Part shown: positions 51,207-62,879 of the stretch, piece after piece
How the letters are laid out: every line of letters begins with the position of its first letter
How positions within the stretch are numbered: position 1 is the stretch's first letter
Source: Octopus bimaculoides
Lineage: Eukaryota
Direction of reading: 5' to 3'
NCBI RefSeq assembly: GCF_001194135.2
Contig: NC_068983.1
Coordinates: forward strand, 7,196,102-7,260,101
Length of the DNA stretch: 64,000 nt
The notes under the pieces: model-generated
Databases searched by the model: none
Told to the model about the DNA's origin: nothing
What the model saw: only the letters and a program-made list of their open reading frames with translations
Translations under genes and position numbers: made by a program

Positions 51207-51386
51207 CTCTTTAGCATTCAGATTACTCTATCAAATGTAAAATGCTTATCTATTCACATTGTTTTGAATGAATTATACATTATCTCACAGCTTGGAAATT
51301 TTAATGGTGTGATTGGTTATTTTTGGAATGACAATTGTAGGATAGGTGTGAGAGGCTGGGTATGGCCCAGTTTAAACGCAAATGGG
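51207..51386. mobile_element. piggyBac-like MITE (degenerate)
   Basis: Flanked by TTAA at 51203-06 and 51387-90, ends CTCTTTAGC...GCAAATGGG; related sequence near 3070-3260. Confidence 0.45.
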
Positions 51387-51516
51387 TTAAACAATATAAT
51401 ATAGAAAATTTTAGAGGCTGTTGTGAAACTCTGCTTTATGTAACATTGATCCAGCAGACCCATGATTCATGACTATTCAGTAATTTTTTTTTTCTTTTAA
51501 TTATAGAGTTTCATCA

Positions 51517-51950
51517 TCATCCTCTTCATTTAATGTTCACTTTTCCATGCTTGCATGGGTCGCACAGAATTTGTTGAGGCAGATTTTCTTTGTCCAGGTG
51601 CCCTTCCTGTCACCAATCTGCACCTGTTTCCAAGCATGGTAATTTCCCCATGGCCACATATTTTCCATGACAGATTGGAAATGAACAACAACACTCATGT
51701 GACAATGCTGCTTCTTTGCAAGCGCTACATGATGTCAAGTCAAGGGTACACCAACACACACATACACACAAACATATATATACATATATACGACGGGCTT
51801 CTTTCAGTTTCCATCTGCCAAATCTACTCACAAGGCTTTGGTTGGCTCAAGGCTATGGTAAAAAGACACTTGCCCAAAGTGCCCCACGCAGTGGGACTGA
51901 ACCTGAAACCACATAGTTCAAAGGCAAGGTTCTTAACCACACAACCATGC
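51517..51950 (-). mobile_element. SINE family D (A head, alternative tail)
   Basis: Head at 51790-51950 and (GAT)n-ending tail at 51517. Confidence 0.7.
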
Positions 51951-52247
51951 AAGTATATATTTATTCTTTCACTAATTTCAGTCATTAATTGGACTGTGTC
52001 ATGTTAGGGTGCAACTTCGAAGGACTTAGTCAATGAAATCAACCCCAGCACTTATTCTCAGTCTCTCTTTGCTGAACCAATAAGATGTGGGGACATAAAC
52101 AAACCAACACAAGTTGTCAAGTGTTTGGGAGGCAAATTTCCTACCTACAAAGCCATGCCTGTACCTATGTATGTCTATTAAACAATTGTAAAAACTAACA
52201 AATATTTAAAACATTCGCAATTAACTGATATTTAAAATGAAACTTAC

Positions 52248-52443
52248 ATTGCAGGTGTTTAATTCTGTTTCCTGCCAGGTTGAGTGTCTTCAGATTACCG
52301 AGTTTTGTATGGAGAGAATCAAGGTGATCAATGTTGTTGTGTGATAGATTTAAACTAGTTAATTGACTTAACCACTGCAAGTTCTGGATTGTATCAATGA
52401 AGTTGTGACTTAGGTCCAAGTGTTCAACTTGTGGAAGTAATTG
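52248..52443 (-). CDS. NISCH: NISCH exon, LRRs (QLLPQVEHLDLSHNFIDTIQNLQWLSQLTSLNLSHNNIDHLDSLHTKLGNLKTLNLAGNRIKHLQ)
   Basis: cccacag acceptor, gtaagt donor, 196 nt, phase 0/1; LxxLxLxxN repeats and LHTKLGNxKTLNLAGN. Confidence 0.96.
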
Positions 52444-52749
52444 CTGTGGGTAAAGAACACAGAGAATGGGCAAACAAGGAACAATAGGGAGAAAGAGAGT
52501 CAGATACACAGACAGTCGGTCAGAAAGATAGTCAGATCGACAAAGAGATAGATATAGACAGATAGGGTGGGAAAGATAGAGAAAAAGACATACAGACAGG
52601 CAGGTCAACAGACAGAGAGGAAGATAAAGAGAAAAACAGACAGTCAAGCAGCTAACTGTAGAGACTGCAAGCCAGCCAAACAGAAAGACAGTTAGCAGGA
52701 CTGTTAAAGACATAACTAAACAGATTAAGGTGATTGATTGATTAATAAG

Positions 52750-53142
52750 TGGAGGTGCAATGGCCCAGTGGTTAGGGCAGTGGACTCACGGTCGTAGGAT
52801 CGCAGTTTTGATTCCCAGACCGGACGTTATGAGTGTTTATTGAGTGAAAACACCTAAAGCTCCATGAGGCTCCGGCAGGGGATGGTGGCGAACCCTGCTG
52901 TACTCTTTCACCACAACTTTCTCTCACTCTTTCTTCTTGTTTCTGTTGTGCTTGCAATTCAAAGGGCCAGCTTTGTCACACACTCTGTGTCACGCTGAAT
53001 ATCCCCAAGAACTACGTTAAGGGTACACGTATCTGTGGAGTGCTCAGCCACTTGTACGTTAATTTCACGAGCAGGCTGTTCCGTTGATCAGATCAACAGG
53101 AACCCTCGACGTCGTAAGCGACGGAGTGCCAACAACAAAGTA
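52750..53142 (+). mobile_element. tRNA-derived SINE, family E, full length
   Basis: Head gtggaggtgcaatggcccagtggttagg...gattccc, tail gccaacaacaa, TSD ATTAATAAG. Confidence 0.9.
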
Positions 53143-53237
53143 ATTAATAAGGAGATATGTAGACACACCAATCAATCAATCAATCAATCCATAAATGAAC
53201 ACAGATACATCGATCAAACATAATAAACTTTACTTAC

Positions 53238-53363
53238 TACACTCTCATCTATACATTTTATTGAATTGTGACTAAAATCTGCTTCTATTATATGATTCCA
53301 AAATTCTACAATTAAGGTGCCATCTTCATCTCGCCAGTGGGAGTATTCTTGTAATAGTAAATC
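53238..53363 (-). CDS. NISCH: NISCH exon, first LRR (DLLLQEYSHWRDEDGTLIVEFWNHIIEADFSHNSIKCIDESV)
   Basis: cttttcacag acceptor, gtaagt donor, 126 nt, phase 0/0; DxSHNSI..IDESV motif. Confidence 0.93.
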
Positions 53364-53610
53364 CTGTGAAAAGACAACAACCAAAGACAGAAGTGGATAA
53401 AAAGAGGGTGAACGTATTATAGAATGGAAGAAATGTGTACGAAAGGAGGCAGATGGACGTGAAGGTTTTCTTATTGTTGACCCTTACTGAGTGAGGACTG
53501 TGTATACTCAGCCCTTTGCATGTGCACTGGAGACATGGGAACAGAGTTAACTTGTTTTTAATGGTGGGGAGTACTTTCCAGAATCTTCTACATTTCATAT
53601 CTTTAATCTT

Positions 53611-53935
53611 TTATTTGTTTCAGTCGTTACGTTGTGGCCATGCTGGGGCACCACCCCCTTGAAGAATTTTAGTTAGACAAATCGACCCCGGTAATTATAT
53701 TTATTTTTAAAATCTGGTACTTATTCTATCAGTCTTTTTTTGCCGAACTATTAAGTTACAGGGAAGTAAACACACAAACACCGGTTGTCAATCAGTGGTG
53801 GTGAAGCAAACACAAGCACAAGAATCTTTCGGCTACCATCTATGAACTCCATTCACAAAGCTTTGGTCAGCCCCAGAAGACACTTGCCCAAGGTGCCACA
53901 CAGTGGGACTAAACCTGGAACCATGTGGTTGGAAA
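53611..53935 (-). mobile_element. SINE family A, diverged
   Basis: Tail, body and head motifs in reverse orientation. Confidence 0.75.
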
Positions 53936-54392
53936 CAAACGTTTTATCTTTACTGGCCAATAGAAAACAGCTGCAAGAACTGATTTGCATATGATTAGCA
54001 TGTTACATAAATAATAATCTTATCAACACAGTGAGATTTAATGTGATGTTTCAGTTTAGGATAGTCATTTGGGGAAGAGCTAAGGAGGGTGTCTTAGTTA
54101 ACAGTGAAAAAGCACAGGGAAAAGAACAATACTGAAAAAGGATGAGAAATAAAAAGAACTTTGTCTACCAAATCCACTCACAAGGCTTTGGTCAGCCTGA
54201 GGCTATAGTCAAAAATACTTGCCAAAGGTGCCATGCAGTGGGACTGAATCCAAAACTACATGATTGGGAAGCAAGCTTCTTAACCATACAGTAAACAGTA
54301 TCAGCCACACCAACAATAGGTTGTGTTAGCAAGGGGAAGAGTGTATAGTGTTAACTAAAATGTGTGGTGTTGGCTGGAGCAAGAGAGTGAGT

Positions 54393-54618
54393 GATCTTAG
54401 CTGGAGCATGAGTGTGGTTGAGCTTAGCTGGAACATGAGTGTGGGTGATCTTAGCTGGAACATGAGTGCGAGTGATCTTAGCTGGAACATGAGTGTGAGT
54501 GATCTTAGCTGGAACATGAGTGTGAGCGATCTTAGCTGGAACATGAGTGTGAGCGATCTTAGCTGGAACATGAGTGTGAGCGATCTTAGCTGGAACATGA
54601 GTGCGAGTGATCTTAGCT
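54393..54618. repeat. Intronic minisatellite, ~8.5 x 27 nt
   Basis: Unit gatcttagctggaacatgagtgtgagc. Confidence 0.92.
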
Positions 54619-54755
54619 AATGGCAACAGTAAATAGTATTAGCAAAAACATCAATAAGTAATGTAAACTTGGCAAGCGGTAGAGTAACTGTAAAAGAGAC
54701 TTGTGCATTGTAATCTAGCCATGAGGTAACAGGTTGAATGTGAAAAATTTTTTAC

Positions 54756-54851
54756 CTTAATTTCTTTCATGGAATGGTGGGCTTCAATTCTTTGTAAGGT
54801 CTGTTTAATTGTTTCAAATCCAGTGATGAGCAGCGAGTTGCAATTTAAAAT
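54756..54851 (-). CDS. NISCH: NISCH exon (ILNCNSLLITGFETIKQTLQRIEAHHSMKEIK)
   Basis: ttttcag acceptor, gtaaaa donor, 96 nt, phase 0/0; position equivalent to the NISCH ISHCDAKHIRGL...SMK segment. Confidence 0.85.
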
Positions 54852-54924
54852 CTGAAAAATTACAAAATAGTTACAGTCATGTAACAAATATGAAACTGAA
54901 TTAGAGAGACACTCACTATGTTTT

Positions 54925-55235
54925 ACTTGTTTCAGTCATTGGACTGCAATTATGCCAGGGCTTGCTTTGAAGGGTTTTGGTCAAGCAAACTGCTCCAGTC
55001 TGGTACTTACTCTATCAGTTTCTTTTGTTGAACTGTTAAGTTACAAAAATGTAAACAAACCAAAACAGACCGTCAAGCAGTGGATGGAAACAAACACAGA
55101 TATTTATAGACAAAGAACTTCCACACAGTTTTTGTCTACCAACTTTACTCACAAAGCATTGACCATGGTGTGGTGCAGTGGGACTGAACCTGAAACCATG
55201 TGATTGCAAAGCAACCTTCCTAACCACACAGCCAT
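54925..55235 (-). mobile_element. SINE family A, diverged
   Basis: Tail, body and head motifs in reverse orientation. Confidence 0.7.
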
Positions 55236-55576
55236 GCTTGTAGAATATTTCTATTTCAAGGTCATAACATTGGGTCAGACTTTAGAAAAGTCTGGCTTTG
55301 TGGCTGGTGAAGAAATGTTTAACCTCAGGTTAGCCCTATACCAGTACATCTATTACCAAAGGTGTTCCCACCATGACCAATCCTATTATTTTTAGCCAGG
55401 AATTGTTAGCTTAGAACTAAGTTGTCCAAAATGTTTGTTTGTTTTTTTTTTTTTCTTTAAGATAAGATTTAATTTGAGAGAGATTTGGGTAGTATTTCCA
55501 CCAAGTCGAGCAACCATGTAAAGTCTATTTTCTAGACTCATCAGCAAAGAGCTGATGCAAGCAGAAATACAGTTTA

Positions 55577-56043
55577 AAAGCAGCGAGCCGGCAGAGTGGT
55601 TAGCACACCGGGCGAAATGCTTGGCGGTATTTCGTCTGTCGTTACGTTCTGAGTTCTAATTCCGCCAAGGTCAATTTTGCCTTTTATCCTTTCGGGGTCG
55701 ATAAATTAAGTACCAGTTGCGTACTGGGGTCGATCTAATCAACTGGGCCTCTCCCCCAAAATTTTGGTCCTTGTGCCTAGAGTAGAAAGGAATAATTATG
55801 ACTTGTAAGGCGGCGAGTTGGCAGAAACATTAGCACACCGGGCGAAATGCTTAGCGGTATTTCGTCTGCCATTATGTTCTGAGTTCAAATTCCACTGAGG
55901 TCGACTTTGCATTTCATCCGTTCGGGGTCGATAAATAAAGTACCAGTTATGCACTGAGGTCGATCTAATTGACTTAATCCCTTTGTCTGTCCTTGTTTGT
56001 ACCTCCTATGTTTAGCCCCTTGTGGGCAATAAAGAAATAAGAA
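55577..56043 (+). mobile_element. Two adjacent SINE family B copies (55577-55790, 55807-56043)
   Basis: Same head and core as 31381-31615. Confidence 0.85.
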
Positions 56044-56232
56044 ATGCAGTTTAAAATTGAGCAAAGAATAAAACACATTAAACCTAAAATTCATAAAGTT
56101 AGACATGGCCCAAACTAGAATATCTACAGATAATTTTGATCTGTCTCTATTATTTAAAAACACTAAAATGAAACCCAGAACAGACTTACATACAGTCTAA
56201 ATAATGAATAGATTTTCTTATAGTAAACTTAC

Positions 56233-56328
56233 CTCCAAAGTTTGTAAAGATTTGAATAGAGTCAAATCAAAACGCAACTCATTCATATCAATATTACTGC
56301 TGCCAACTGGATCACGGCTACCACAGAT
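56233..56328 (-). CDS. NISCH: NISCH exon (ICGSRDPVGSSNIDMNELRFDLTLFKSLQTLE)
   Basis: cattag acceptor, gtaagt donor, 96 nt, phase 0/0; matches GTSNI...FDLSIFKSL. Confidence 0.92.
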
Positions 56329-57368
56329 CTAATGCAGCAAAATAAAAGATATGAAGAAATATATTTTATTACTCATTCATACGGACTGCAAAATAAAATT
56401 TTATGAAACAAGATCTAACAAATACATTAATTTGTAACTGAGACAAATTCCTAATAATTAAAAATTAAAAAATGCTTCAAAAGAAAAAGAAAAGACATTG
56501 TTCCATGATTGAAAATACTGATCATAAAACTCTAGATAACGAACTCAATGATATTAAGGTCAATTCCAGTGTTTTTAGATAAGAAATTATCAAAGGATTT
56601 ATTGAAACAGCTAATTAACCAAACAAATTCCTGATGAGATAATCAAATTACCTCAACAAACAGATTCGTCATTATTTATCATCATAATTTTATTTATGAA
56701 GGTTAATATTAATTGGAGGAGGTAACAACACTCTTGACCTTTAGGTCTCATAGATAATTGATATTAAACTGTGACTTCAATTGATCAACCACTAAGAAGA
56801 AAATGAAGTGGTGAGCTTTGCAAGGTGCTGTGGCTTTTTGGAGAAATAAGAAGCCCAATAAAATTAAATATTTTGCCAGGACAGTCACAATGCTTCTCTG
56901 TCCTCACACTAAAACAAAAATCAATATAATTCCGAAATATAAATTAAGAAGAGGTTCTTTAAACACACATGCAAAAAAAAGCCCATACAATTATGAGCTG
57001 GGTGACTGACCAGATGGTCATAAGTTCAAAACTTGCACTGACTATTGTATTGTGTTTAAATGTAAGGCAGCTTATTTTTAGCTGAATGCATGAAACTGAC
57101 AACTAGGTGCTGCTCCCACTCTGTAATTAGTGCTACTGGTCAAGTTTTAGAAATTGACTGAGTTCCAGGTGTAAAAATATCAAGTTCCAACAATTTATAC
57201 TCAAATTAATAAAAACCTGTTCTACCCACAATAGTGTTTTGTATTCCTGTTTTCAAACAGTGTATTGTATGAGGATGTTAATACAAAACCTAAGGGTGAA
57301 TTAGAGAGAGAGAAAGAGAGAGAGAAAGAGTGAGAGAAAGAGTGAGAGAGAAAAAGAGAGAGAGATAC

Positions 57369-57436
57369 CTTTAGATGTTTTAATCTTGTGATGAAGTCAA
57401 GTATGTGTCCGATATCTTTTTTAACATCACCACTAT
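57369..57436 (-). CDS. NISCH: NISCH exon (D-SGDVKKDIGHILDFITRLKHLK)
   Basis: ttccag acceptor, gtatct donor, 68 nt, phase 1/0; matches [22 protein letters not shown]. Confidence 0.92.
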
Positions 57437-57482
57437 CTGGAATAATAATAAATGATGATAACAGTAATGAGATTATTGTATA

Positions 57483-57765
57483 CAGTGCTCAGGTGCACTA
57501 CGACTTGTCAAAAGTGCACAGAAAGCATATGCAGTAATGTACAAATGCCTGGAAAGTGAACAGTGTATGAGTCATATACATGCTTGCGTGTGTATGGAGG
57601 GGAGAACAATCAGGTGTAGTGTTGGTGAATCTCAGGAATCATGGAAGTTTTGAAGGATGCAGTGCTCTGACAACTGACAACTGATGCTGGCAGTTTGTTC
57701 CATGCTTCAGCAACTCTTAGCGTGAAAAAGTGTTTCCGAATGTCATGGGAGCTGTGCTGTTTTCT
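57483..57765 (-). mobile_element. CR1-type LINE 3' end or CR1-tailed short element
   Basis: Translates IRKHFFTLRVAEAWNKLPASVV, the CR1 ORF2 C-terminal motif. Confidence 0.75.
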
Positions 57766-57861
57766 AATAATAATAATAATAATAGTATGAATTAAATCAT
57801 TTATTTCGTATGCGTATTTCATGTGCAAGATTCTTGATGTGGTTACGTGTGTTGAAAGAAA

Positions 57862-58060
57862 TACAATTTAACCTTGGGAGAGGCATTATGCCGGTAATAA
57901 ACACACGCACTGGTTCAGTCCTTTATTAAGAGACAAGTTACTGAAGAGATTGCAAGAGTGCAATGAAATAATTTAACAAAAAACTATATAAATTAATAAA
58001 GGACTGAACCAGTGCATGTGTTTATTACCGGCATAATGCCTCTCCCAAGGTTTAATTGTA
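57862..58060. mobile_element. MITE with ~67-bp near-perfect terminal inverted repeats and TA ends (Tc1/mariner-type)
   Basis: 57862-57928 is the reverse complement of 57994-58060 with about 2-3 mismatches; 65-bp spacer. Confidence 0.8.
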
Positions 58061-59152
58061 AATCATTTATGTCAGTTACCAAGAGACTGAATAGTAACTA
58101 TAGAGTGTTGCCTATTATTTCCTTGTCTTGGACGTGCTGTTGACACAACGTTTCAATTGAAGAGACAATAAATTAACCGAAACACTGCACTAATAATACT
58201 TGATAGAATAGGCAACCACTATAAACTCACTTCAGAAATGAATATATGTAGTGAATAGGTATAGGCATGCCAACATAGGGGTGGCCACGTAGAGACAGGC
58301 ATTGCTTTGTAGACACAGGTATGGCTGTACTGTGTCGACAGGCATAATTGTACAGACACAAGCATGGCTGTATAGACACATGGATGTGTGATTAACATAG
58401 CCAGCTTTGTAGGCCCCCAAATGGGTTTCTTTGGACTTTGGGTATTACTCTTAATAAAACAGGCCTACTAAGCACTGCCTAGAAGAGCCTAGTAAATTTC
58501 AGAGTACTCACAATAAACAGCAACACTATGCACTGCATATATAGAGTACTCTCAACATGTCTTATTGAAAAAAAAATTCACCACAATGCACAGAATTGAG
58601 TACAGGTGAGCAGTGAAATCACTTAATGAAATTAAATCTGCTGAAATAATAATAATAATANNNNNNNNNNNNNNNNNNNNNNNNNNNNNNNNNNNNNNNN
58701 NNNNNNNNNNNNNNNNNNNNNNNNNNNNNNNNNNNNNNNNNNNNNNNNNNNNNNNNNNNNNNNNNNNNNNNNNNNNNNNNNNNNNNNNNNNNNNNNNNNN
58801 NNNNNNNNNNNNNNNNNNNNNNNNNNNNNNNNNNNNNNNNNNNNNNNNNNNNNNNNNNNNNNNNNNNNNNNNNNNNNNNNNNNNNNNNNNNNNNNNNNNN
58901 NNNNNNNNNNNNNNNNNNNNNNNNNNNNNNNNNNNNNNNNNNNNNNNNNNNNNNNNNNNNNNNNNNNNNNNNNNNNNNNNNNNNNNNNNNNNNNNNNNNN
59001 NNNNNNNNNNNNNNNNNNNNNNNNNNNNNNNNNNNNNNNNNNNNNNNNNNNNNNNNNNNNNNNNNNNNNNNNNNNNNNNNNNNNNNNNNNNNNNNNNNNN
59101 NNNNNNNNNNNNNNNNNNNNNNNNNNNNNNNNNNNNNNNNNNNNNNNNNNNN

Positions 59153-59193
<41 letters not shown>

Positions 59194-59204
59194 ATCTTTA
59201 AAAT

Positions 59205-59367
59205 AATATGTGACAATTATTCGGTTGCCACAATAAAACTCTGAGTTTCGGATGTTGAGGCAGAAATCTGCTCCAGCATCTCGTCAGTTGAGATGCTGGA
59301 GCAGATTTCCACACCGACATCCGAAACTCTGAGTTTTATTATGGCAATTGAAAAGCTGTCACATATT
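59205..59367. repeat. Imperfect palindromic element, 20-bp perfect inner stem with a 7-nt loop
   Basis: gaaatctgctccagcatctc / gagatgctggagcagatttc; outer arms also pair (aatatgtgaca/tgtcacatatt). Confidence 0.85.
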
Positions 59368-59547
59368 TTACAGATAAATTCCTCTATTTACATAATATCG
59401 AGGTCTCATTCATTCTTTTGTTGTCATACCATTATTATTAATAATATATATATACATATGTCTTAGGCTTCTGTCAATGCACATGACCTAGAAAATATTG
59501 TTTAAAAGCCTAGTGAAGATTAATACTTCTGTAAAAATAATACTGAC

Positions 59548-59643
59548 CACAGGTGGGCTCTGGTAACTTTAACCTTTCTGTCAATGCATATAAATGCAGG
59601 GTAGACATCTGAAATGGTTCTTTTGCTTGAAGGATTAATTCTC
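59548..59643 (-). CDS. NISCH: NISCH exon (G-ELILQAKEPFQMSTLHLYALTERLKLPEPTC-D)
   Basis: ctcttccag acceptor, gtcagt donor, 96 nt, phase 1/1; similar to NISCH LQLYAVTEQLQQGKPTC. Confidence 0.9.
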
Positions 59644-59719
59644 CTGGAAGAGAAACAGCACTTTAGCCAGTAATACAACAATGCATTATACATTCTAACA
59701 AAATCAAATCAAATTACAA

Positions 59720-60054
59720 TCAAATGGAAATAGTAGTTGTGACCCCTGTGCCAGTGGCACGTAAAAAGCACCATCGAGACGTGGCTGATAACAGTGCCAC
59801 CTTGACTGGCTTCCGTGCCGGTGGCACGTAAAAAGCACCATCCAGACGTGGCTGATAACAGTACCCCCTGATTGGCTCCTGTGCCAGTGGCATGTAAAAA
59901 GCACCCACTCTACTCTCAGAGTGGTTGGCATTAGGAAGGGCATCCATCTGGAGAAACCTTGCCAGATCAGATTGGAACCTGGAGCAGCCTACTGGCTTGC
60001 CAGTCCTCAGTCAAACTGTCCAACCCATGCCAGCATGGAAAACGGACATTAAAC

Positions 60055-60087
<33 letters not shown>

Positions 60088-60088
60088 A
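59720..60088 (+). mobile_element. SINE family C with an internal ~66-bp tandem repeat
   Basis: gtgcc(a/g)gtggca(c/t)gtaaaaagcacc occurs three times, followed by the family C tail. Confidence 0.8.
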
Positions 60089-60321
60089 TATGATGCATTT
60101 CAGTACGTGTGTGTATGCACCCAACTAATTTTATTTTTTCACATAAAATTCTGATTTAATCATAATATACATCATCTGAAAAGTTTCCAGAGTAGAAGTC
60201 TTCGTAAAAAATTATCCATTTTACTGAAAGTTATGAGGAAACAAAGTCGGAGGTGGGTGAGGCACTTGCGATGGTCTGTCAAAAGGACATTCTGAGAGTA
60301 ACAACAAAATCATATACATAC

Positions 60322-60370
60322 CTCGGTTATATAAGTCTTCTGCTAATGCCTGTGTTATACCATGAATCTC
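60322..60370 (-). CDS. NISCH: NISCH exon (EIHGITQALAEDLYNR-G)
   Basis: ttttgtag acceptor, gtatgt donor, 49 nt, phase 0/1; matches NISCH EINGITAALAEELFEKG; too short for the ORF track. Confidence 0.92.
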
Positions 60371-61731
60371 CTACAAAACAACAAATACACCCATTGTTAT
60401 CACACTCAGTTTATTTCTATTCAAACAATCAATAATACGGTGTATATTTTTTCTGAGATGTGTTTTATTGTGATGTCTGTTTTTTTAAATATTAGCAACA
60501 GTGTATGTAATTGGGATCTTTAATATAATAGCTTTACAGAGACTGGTTTGTAACTTTGGATGTTCAAGGATCGAACCTTCAGTTTGGGGACTGCTTAGGG
60601 GGTATGTGTCAGGTCTACATCAGTAATTGGATTTTTTTTAGATGATTACTCTTTTNNNNNNNNNNNNNNNNNNNNNNNNNNNNNNNNNNNNNNNNNNNNN
60701 NNNNNNNNNNNNNNNNNNNNNNNNNNNNNNNNNNNNNNNNNNNNNNNNNNNNNNNNNNNNNNNNNNNNNNNNNNNNNNNNNNNNNNNNNNNNNNNNNNNN
60801 NNNNNNNNNNNNNNNNNNNNNNNNNNNNNNNNNNNNNNNNNNNNNNNNNNNNNNNNNNNNNNNNNNNNNNNNNNNNNNNNNNNNNNNNNNNNNNNNNNNN
60901 NNNNNNNNNNNNNNNNNNNNNNNNNNNNNNNNNNNNNNNNNNNNNNNNNNNNNNNNNNNNNNNNNNNNNNNNNNNNNNNNNNNNNNNNNNNNNNNNNNNN
61001 NNNNNNNNNNNNNNNNNNNNNNNNNNNNNATATATATATATATATATATATATATACGACGGGCTTCTTTCAGTTTCCGTCTAGCAAATCCACTTACAAG
61101 GCTTTGGTCGGCCAGGAATTCCTATTGGTTTAAAGATTTCTTCTTCCCAAAAGAATACCACAATTATAGCAGAATGGTTCGTTTCTTGCCTAACAATATA
61201 GCAACAGAGAACCATGCGTGTGTGTGAGAGAATGAGTGAGTGAGAGTGTGTGTGTGAAAATACCAGTGATTTTGTGGTAAAGGGATGTTTAAAACATTCC
61301 CTTCTCAGCTATAGGGATCTGACACATTCCACCTATTTACCCTTCTATACTGCCAGTCATTACCAGCTGCTCTCCCTTTCTTTCTCCTTCTCTTCGTGGT
61401 GAACGTATAACTGCCATCACTCACTCTCTTCCATTACTCCTCTTTCTATCATAATCTCTCCTCAATTCACAAGATTTTATTCATCACACTCTCATTCTGT
61501 CATCTTCAGTCATCACTGTGGCATTCATTTGCAGAAGTCATGTAAAAAAAAGATGAAATATGAGTGAAGCATGGCTCCTGACCCATCTAGAAAAGGCAGC
61601 AAATAAAACAGAAGCAGACCATAACGAAATTGTTCAACCCATACCAGTATGTATGTATGTGTGTGTGTGTTGCATGTACATGTTTGTTTGTGTATGCATG
61701 CAAGCATGTCGGTTGAACGTGTTTCACTTAC

Positions 61732-61914
61732 ATATTTGTTGAAGTCAAGAAAGTATGCCAAGACCGGAGGTATTTTCTGTGCCAAGTAAAACAGAATTGT
61801 CTGCAAATAAACTTCCAAGTCATTTTGTCGTTTCTTAATGAAGGTTTCAGATTGGTTACCAAACAATTTCTTTGGTGGAAGTAGACTTTTATCAATCTTG
61901 AAAGTGGATACAAG
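61732..61914 (-). CDS. NISCH: NISCH exon, PX domain C-terminal half (LVSTFKIDKSLLPPKKLFGNQSETFIKKRQNDLEVYLQTILFYLAQKIPPVLAYFLDFNKY)
   Basis: tttcag acceptor, gtaagt donor, 183 nt, phase 0/0; PX-type LPPKK...KRxxDLEVYLQ motif. Confidence 0.95.
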
Positions 61915-62879
61915 CTGAAATGGAAACAATTACATTAGAATTTCGGTTACACAGCTGGCAACATACGCACAGCTCTTTTAGACTAGCATCGATGTCCATT
62001 GTGGTAGTGGTAGCAGACGTTATTGTTTAACCTAAAGTCAGGTCTAGTCCAGCAAACCTGTGATCAAAAATACTCTGACCATCAACATCCTGTTCTCTTC
62101 TCAGTATTTTGGAATTGTATTAAAGAGTATAAAAGACAGAAGGGTGTAATTTTAAGCAACCATTGTAATTATCAAGGGAGGGTGCCATTTGAGGAACATC
62201 TGGTTGCTATTTCATGCAAGTTGAGCAACCATGTAGAGCAACCATGGTGGTAGTAGTAGTAGTAGTAGTAGAAAGGAAAGAAGGAAGGAAGAGACAATAG
62301 TACAGCAACCTTGTTAGTGATATGAAGTATGTAGAATGATTATACAAAACACGAATTAAGACAATTGTAACTAGTGAAACTCGAGGAAATTTCACATTTT
62401 GTAAATTTTCTTCTATTTTAACGTACAAATTTATAAGTTTTTCATAACTCTTATATTGTCATCATCGTTTAACATCAGCCTTCCATGCTGGCATAGATAG
62501 GATGGTTTGACAGGAGTAAGCCAGGTAGAAGCCTGCGACTGTTTTGGCAGGATTTTTACAGCTGGATGCCCTTCCTAGTACCAACCACTCAGCAGATGTT
62601 CAATAATTTATATTAGATTTTTGACTTACATCCATAGTTAAGCTCATTTAAAGTGTAACACACAAATTTGTTACAGTTATGTCTTTGACTTTGTTCCATA
62701 ATTACATAAGCACATGTAGATGATATTGATATGTGCTCATGTAAAACAATAAGCATGTATAAGGGTGTCGACTGGTGGCACATTCTTGTCTGTTACTTTA
62801 TTTTACTGACTCTCCCAAGAAAGAAAGGCAAAACGATGTTGGCTGAATTTGAAATCAGAATGTAAAGTGATGTAACAAA

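Larger units (their letters stand above)
25894..61914 (-). other. NISCH: Nischarin gene model, 5'-partial, 15 coding exons: join(61732-61914, 60322-60370, 59548-59643, 57369-57436, 56233-56328, 54756-54851, 53238-53363, 52248-52443, 51069-51127, 49460-49588, 49087-49203, 45248-46304, 33832-34034, 29333-29415, 25894-28441)
   Basis: All exons have AG/GT boundaries, the phases chain without a break and the total (5106 nt) is divisible by 3. The translation follows the order PX - linker - LRR - C-terminal region. It matches vertebrate NISCH motifs as I recall them (LLPPKK, EIxGITxALAE, LGHILDF, LHTKLGNxKTLNLAGN, DYRTKVLA, KELDTV, RQW..ELPV). Extra in-phase exons hidden in N gaps cannot be excluded. 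Confidence 0.93.

Noticed and set aside
54326-54626. Repeat array superficially CRISPR-like
   Set aside because: Head-to-tail units with no unique spacers, eukaryotic context, no cas genes.
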